Both the position numbers and the translations under genes were made by a program. Below, piece after piece: positions 25,199 to 27,781 of a stretch of 27,781 nt of DNA. Position 1 is the first letter of the stretch; every line of letters begins with the position of its first letter. The notes under the pieces are model-generated. The model was not told the DNA's origin. It worked only from the letters and a program-made list of their open reading frames with translations, and ran no database searches. Origin of the DNA: a virus (Duplodnaviria; Caudoviricetes); the IMG/VR virus record IMGVR_UViG_3300025093_000096, positions 1 through 27,781 of that record; one strand, given 5' to 3'.

Positions 25199-25431
25199 AA
25201 CGATGGATAACAATAATCGCACTCAGCATATTCACCATTTGGGTGGGGAGTGGGTGTCAGAATATCAAAAGCCTTGAAGTGGATTTCGGGGGGCTGGACG
25301 TAGAGTATTTTCCAGCCCACCCATCACAAGAAGAGAAAAGTATTTTTGATTTTGGCAGCAAGACAGAGGACTTAGTTGTGCCAGCTAATTGGCGCGGCCC
25401 TTTGCTAATGCCTATGACGAGAGATAAATAA
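25195..25431 (+). CDS. Small lipoprotein
   Basis: MKRWITIIALSIFTIWVGSG-C: basic N-terminus, hydrophobic core, lipobox-like GSGC; ATGA-coupled to the MscS-like gene. Confidence 0.7.
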   Translation: MKRWITIIALSIFTIWVGSGCQNIKSLEVDFGGLDVEYFPAHPSQEEKSIFDFGSKTEDLVVPANWRGPLLMPMTRDK

Positions 25432-25433
25432 TT

Positions 25434-25925
25434 ATGGCTAACATTAAATACGATGTAACAAGATGGGACGTAAGTTGTGAGTCGGCTGACCCAACTCCAA
25501 CTAAGGTCTGTAGTGTGATTCTAGGCATAACAGCCACGGATCAAGAATCGGGCAAATCTGCCTACAAGGATGAGCGTATAAGTGTACCATGCCAAGACCT
25601 TGAAGAGTTTGAGGCAGGGGCAGAGGCATTCATTGAAGGAGTGCTTGGCTCGCAAGGCTGGTATCTGGAATTGCAGACTCGGATCGCCAATCAGCTAACG
25701 GCTCCTGTTGCTGCGCCAGAGGACAGGGTTAAGCCTGACTTCGCAAGCATGACAATCGGTGACGGCTACGAGAACCTCCCAGATGAGGAGAGTGAGGAAG
25801 CCCCATCGGAGGAGTCTAGCGAGGAAGAAACCGAGGAGGCTCCAGCGGTGGAGGAAGAAGCTACAGCGGAGGAGTCATCTGATGGCGGCGAAGAAGAAAG
25901 CTCAGAAGAAGCCGAAGCCGAGTAA
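25434..25925 (+). CDS. Hypothetical protein with a Glu-rich tail (possible fibre assembly/accessory protein)
   Basis: 163 aa; folded-looking N-terminal part and a ~50-aa acidic tail. Confidence 0.7.
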   Translation: MANIKYDVTRWDVSCESADPTPTKVCSVILGITATDQESGKSAYKDERISVPCQDLEEFEAGAEAFIEGVLGSQGWYLELQTRIANQLTAPVAAPEDRVKPDFASMTIGDGYENLPDEESEEAPSEESSEEETEEAPAVEEEATAEESSDGGEEESSEEAEAE

Positions 25926-26046
25926 TCCTTCTCTTTGGTCAAGGGCGCAGTCCGAGGCTAAGAAGAAGTACAAGATTCACCCTTCAGCTTACTCTAACTC
26001 TTATGCCGCTAAGTGGTATAAGGAAAAGGGAGGTAGGTGGTCGTAA
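25882..26046 (+). CDS. Small basic protein (PSAY...YK..GG motif; DUF5872-like N-terminal half)
   Basis: ATG 25882 with GGAGGAG SD; MAAKKKAQKKPKPSNPSLWSRAQSEAKKKYKIHPSAYSNSYAAKWYKEKGGRWS. Confidence 0.75.
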   Translation: MAAKKKAQKKPKPSNPSLWSRAQSEAKKKYKIHPSAYSNSYAAKWYKEKGGRWS

Positions 26047-26324
26047 TGGCTTACTCTGGTGGTCTGCGCCGCTGGCACTTGGAGAAGTGGGTCGATGTAC
26101 GAACTGGGAAGCCTTGTGGAAGGAAGAAGGGCGAGAAGCGCGGAACTCCATACTGCCGCCCGTCTAAGCGCGTGAATGCTTCTACCCCGAAGACTAGCGG
26201 GGAGATGTCGGCTTCTGAGAAGAAGAAGAAGATAGGGGAGAAGAAGCGTCTTGGTCAGCCAGCGGGCAAGCCAAGGAGGGTTGCGAACACCAAAAGAAAG
26301 AACACCAAGAGAAAGAAGGTCTAA
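26046..26324 (+). CDS. Small basic protein (GL.RW..EKWVD...KPCGR...YCRP motif; DUF5872-like C-terminal half)
   Basis: TAATG-coupled start at 26046; motif recognised from viral basic proteins. Confidence 0.75.
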   Translation: MAYSGGLRRWHLEKWVDVRTGKPCGRKKGEKRGTPYCRPSKRVNASTPKTSGEMSASEKKKKIGEKKRLGQPAGKPRRVANTKRKNTKRKKV

Positions 26325-26380
26325 TGTGTACGAACAAAGACTGCTTTGAGGATACTTGCAAGGGTGAGTGTAAAAAATAG
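26324..26380 (+). CDS. Possible 18-aa Cys-rich micropeptide
   Basis: MCTNKDCFEDTCKGECKK, TAATG-coupled, GAAGG upstream. Confidence 0.4.
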   Translation: MCTNKDCFEDTCKGECKK

Positions 26381-26405
26381 TATAACAGGTAGCAGCATAG
26401 TATAC

Positions 26406-26434
26406 TTGTACTAGCAGTAGCTTTTATATAAAAT
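26406..26434 (+). promoter_or_regulatory. Candidate sigma70-type promoter upstream of the lysis cassette
   Basis: TTGTAC-N17-TAAAAT ending 10 nt before ATG 26445. Confidence 0.5.
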
Positions 26435-26444
26435 ATCCACGCGT

Positions 26445-26654
26445 ATGGACGAAAAAAATAAGTTCCAAGAGGCGCAACAACAGTTGCAAGTATTGTTTAA
26501 CGCGTCACAGATGGCATCACTACCAGCTAGAGATCATCAAGCCATCCAGCAGGCCGCTCAATCATTAGCGGAGTTTTTGCAGTCAGTAGAAAAAGACTGC
26601 AAAAACGATTGCGGTGCAAACATCGCGATGCCTGAAGAAACTGCCACTGAATAG
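26445..26654 (+). CDS. Hypothetical helical protein
   Basis: 69-aa Gln/Ala-rich ORF after the candidate promoter. Confidence 0.65.
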   Translation: MDEKNKFQEAQQQLQVLFNASQMASLPARDHQAIQQAAQSLAEFLQSVEKDCKNDCGANIAMPEETATE

Positions 26655-26690
26655 GCAGCGTGCCTACACTTCCAGAACTAGAAATGAACA

Positions 26691-26849
26691 ATGAGTTTCG
26701 ACGACATAAAGATAATAGGAGCAAGTGTTCTGGGGGTGGGCAATCATTTTGTAGAGCATATTGATATAGGGGTTAAGCTGGCTATTAGTTGTGTCATGCT
26801 TGCTTATGTCTGTATCAAGTTGGTTAGGTTAATAAAAAACAAAGAGTAA
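26691..26849 (+). CDS. Putative holin/antiholin-like small membrane protein (52 aa)
   Basis: Manually translated MSFDDIKIIGASVLGVGNHFVEHIDIGVKLAISCVMLAYVCIKLVRLIKNKE; hydrophobic segments and a basic C-terminus; not in the ORF track. Confidence 0.65.
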   Translation: MSFDDIKIIGASVLGVGNHFVEHIDIGVKLAISCVMLAYVCIKLVRLIKNKE

Positions 26850-26850
26850 A

Positions 26851-27036
26851 ATGTTTAAGTCAAAAACAGTTATGACAGGAGTCGCGGCAATTTTATCTGC
26901 GGCTGGAGCCTACCTTTCTGGGGAGATCGAGCTTAGTGCTGCCCTGAACATCGGGGTGACAAGTCTTCTTGCAATATTTCTTCGTCATGGAGTTAAGAAA
27001 AGCGAGGAAGCAGCCAAAGCTAGTTCTGCTGAGTGA
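26851..27036 (+). CDS. Putative holin
   Basis: MFKSKT start, two hydrophobic helices, charged C-terminal tail; adjacent to spanin-like genes. Confidence 0.65.
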   Translation: MFKSKTVMTGVAAILSAAGAYLSGEIELSAALNIGVTSLLAIFLRHGVKKSEEAAKASSAE

Positions 27037-27251
27037 GCATTCTGTTAGCCATACTTAGGGCTATACCAGCCCTGCGAAGTCTGGCTGATCAGCTAGAGGA
27101 TGTAATTAGAAAATCAGAAGCACAGAGAAGGCGTGAAGACAAAATGGACTACATTGATTCGGCTATCGCTGATGCTATCTGTCATCCCCATGAGCGGGTG
27201 CGTGACGAGGAAACTGAACTCGTCGAAGACTCTGATCGAGGTACATCCTAA
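27033..27251 (+). CDS. Putative inner-membrane spanin (Rz-like)
   Basis: GTG start, short hydrophobic N-terminus followed by a charged helical region; overlapped by a lipoprotein gene in the +1 frame. Confidence 0.5.
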   Translation: MSILLAILRAIPALRSLADQLEDVIRKSEAQRRREDKMDYIDSAIADAICHPHERVRDEETELVEDSDRGTS

Positions 27252-27357
27252 AGGATTTAAAGACGCAGTAAACGCAAGCCCTGAGTCGCGCCTTTTCGTT
27301 AAGGATGCACTCAGGGTTATTGTTAATTTGGAGCATGAGATAGAAAGTGGCGACTAA
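27133..27357 (+). CDS. Putative outer-membrane spanin lipoprotein (Rz1-like)
   Basis: MKTKWTTLIRLSLMLSVIPMSG-C lipoprotein signal; begins inside the previous gene in the +1 frame, the classic overlapped spanin layout. Confidence 0.6.
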   Translation: MKTKWTTLIRLSLMLSVIPMSGCVTRKLNSSKTLIEVHPKGFKDAVNASPESRLFVKDALRVIVNLEHEIESGD

Positions 27358-27634
27358 AGGAAAAGGACAGCAAGCGGAGTGGAGGGGCAGGAAAGTAACA
27401 CTGCGCCGACCAAGAAAGATCAAGGGAGTTACTCCTGCTAAAAAGAAGTACACTGTCTTTGTAAGAGATAAGAAGGGAAAGATTCGCGTGGTTCACTTTG
27501 GGGCTGTTGGATACAGCGACTTTCTAAAACATAAGAATGAAAAACGAAGAGCTAATTTTAAGGCCAGACATAATTGTTCAACGGCCAAAGACCCCACTAC
27601 TCCACGCTATTGGGCGTGTCGACATAACTGGTAA
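27347..27634 (+). CDS. Small basic viral protein (DUF5754-like)
   Basis: KKYTVFV...VHFGAVGYSDF..HK...RRANFKARH.C...TPRYWAC...W motif. Confidence 0.75.
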   Translation: MATKGKGQQAEWRGRKVTLRRPRKIKGVTPAKKKYTVFVRDKKGKIRVVHFGAVGYSDFLKHKNEKRRANFKARHNCSTAKDPTTPRYWACRHNW

Positions 27635-27645
27635 TAACAAGCACT

Positions 27646-27781
27646 ATGCCATCACCAAGTAAACCAAGTGATTTTTCAAACCTAGTACTAACCTCGTCGT
27701 CAACTTTGTGCGACAGGTTTAAAGCTGCATTGTTAACCTTGCCTAGCAAGCTGTATGACTTTGTTAACTATGTGCTAGACG
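27646..27781 (+). CDS. Hypothetical protein, 5' part only
   Basis: MPSPSKPSDFSNLVLTSSSTLCDRFKAALLTLPSKLYDFVNYVLD, open to the window end. Confidence 0.55.
   Translation, partial: MPSPSKPSDFSNLVLTSSSTLCDRFKAALLTLPSKLYDFVNYVLD

Larger units (their letters stand above)
1..27781. mobile_element. Segment of a tailed dsDNA bacteriophage genome (free phage or prophage; ends not visible)
   Basis: TerL, portal/scaffold/capsid-like gene order, tail fibres, holins and spanins, phage-type replication module; dense gene packing with many TAATG/ATGA overlaps; no host housekeeping genes. Confidence 0.95.

Noticed and set aside
25759-25881. Arg/Lys-rich N-terminal extension of ORF 25759..26046
   Set aside because: Off-frame reading of Glu codons of the upstream gene; the start with an SD is ATG 25882.
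4726-27453. Numerous short ORFs nested in or antisense to the long genes (e.g. 4726..4983, 9483..9788, 11935..12357, 19504..19869, 22799..23209, 27175..27453)
   Set aside because: Shadow frames of well-supported genes with no independent motifs or start signals.
1-27781. Alternative genetic code (stop-codon reassignment)
   Set aside because: Standard-code ORFs tile the window densely, and TAA, TAG and TGA all end genes at sensible junctions.

Overview
The whole window reads as part of a tailed dsDNA phage genome; no host housekeeping genes, integrase or att sites are visible. Left end (minus strand): a lambda/P22-style replication module with a small HTH initiator-like gene carrying seven 21-bp-phased palindromic iterons, an (AT)n unwinding tract and a DnaB helicase. 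The ORF track misses dnaB because it runs off the window. A rightward cluster follows: an HU/IHF-like protein, a Cys-rich Zn-finger, a DUF1599/Nmad1 protein and small Lys-rich proteins. Next is a terminase large subunit on the opposite strand with atypical Walker A/B motifs. A long rightward late operon then encodes putative portal, scaffold, major capsid and adaptor proteins, small fibre proteins, and a 2836-aa fibre built from repeated, apparently circularly permuted LamG domains and CBM-like inserts. After it come a minimal MscS-like channel coupled to a lipoprotein, small basic proteins, and a holin plus overlapped-spanin cassette with no endolysin in view. No tape measure, sheath or tube gene is recognisable, so a short tail is plausible. 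The most notable candidates are the pore-only MscS-lipoprotein pair, the origin/leader architecture and the modular fibre. All family calls come from motif recognition by eye, not database searches.
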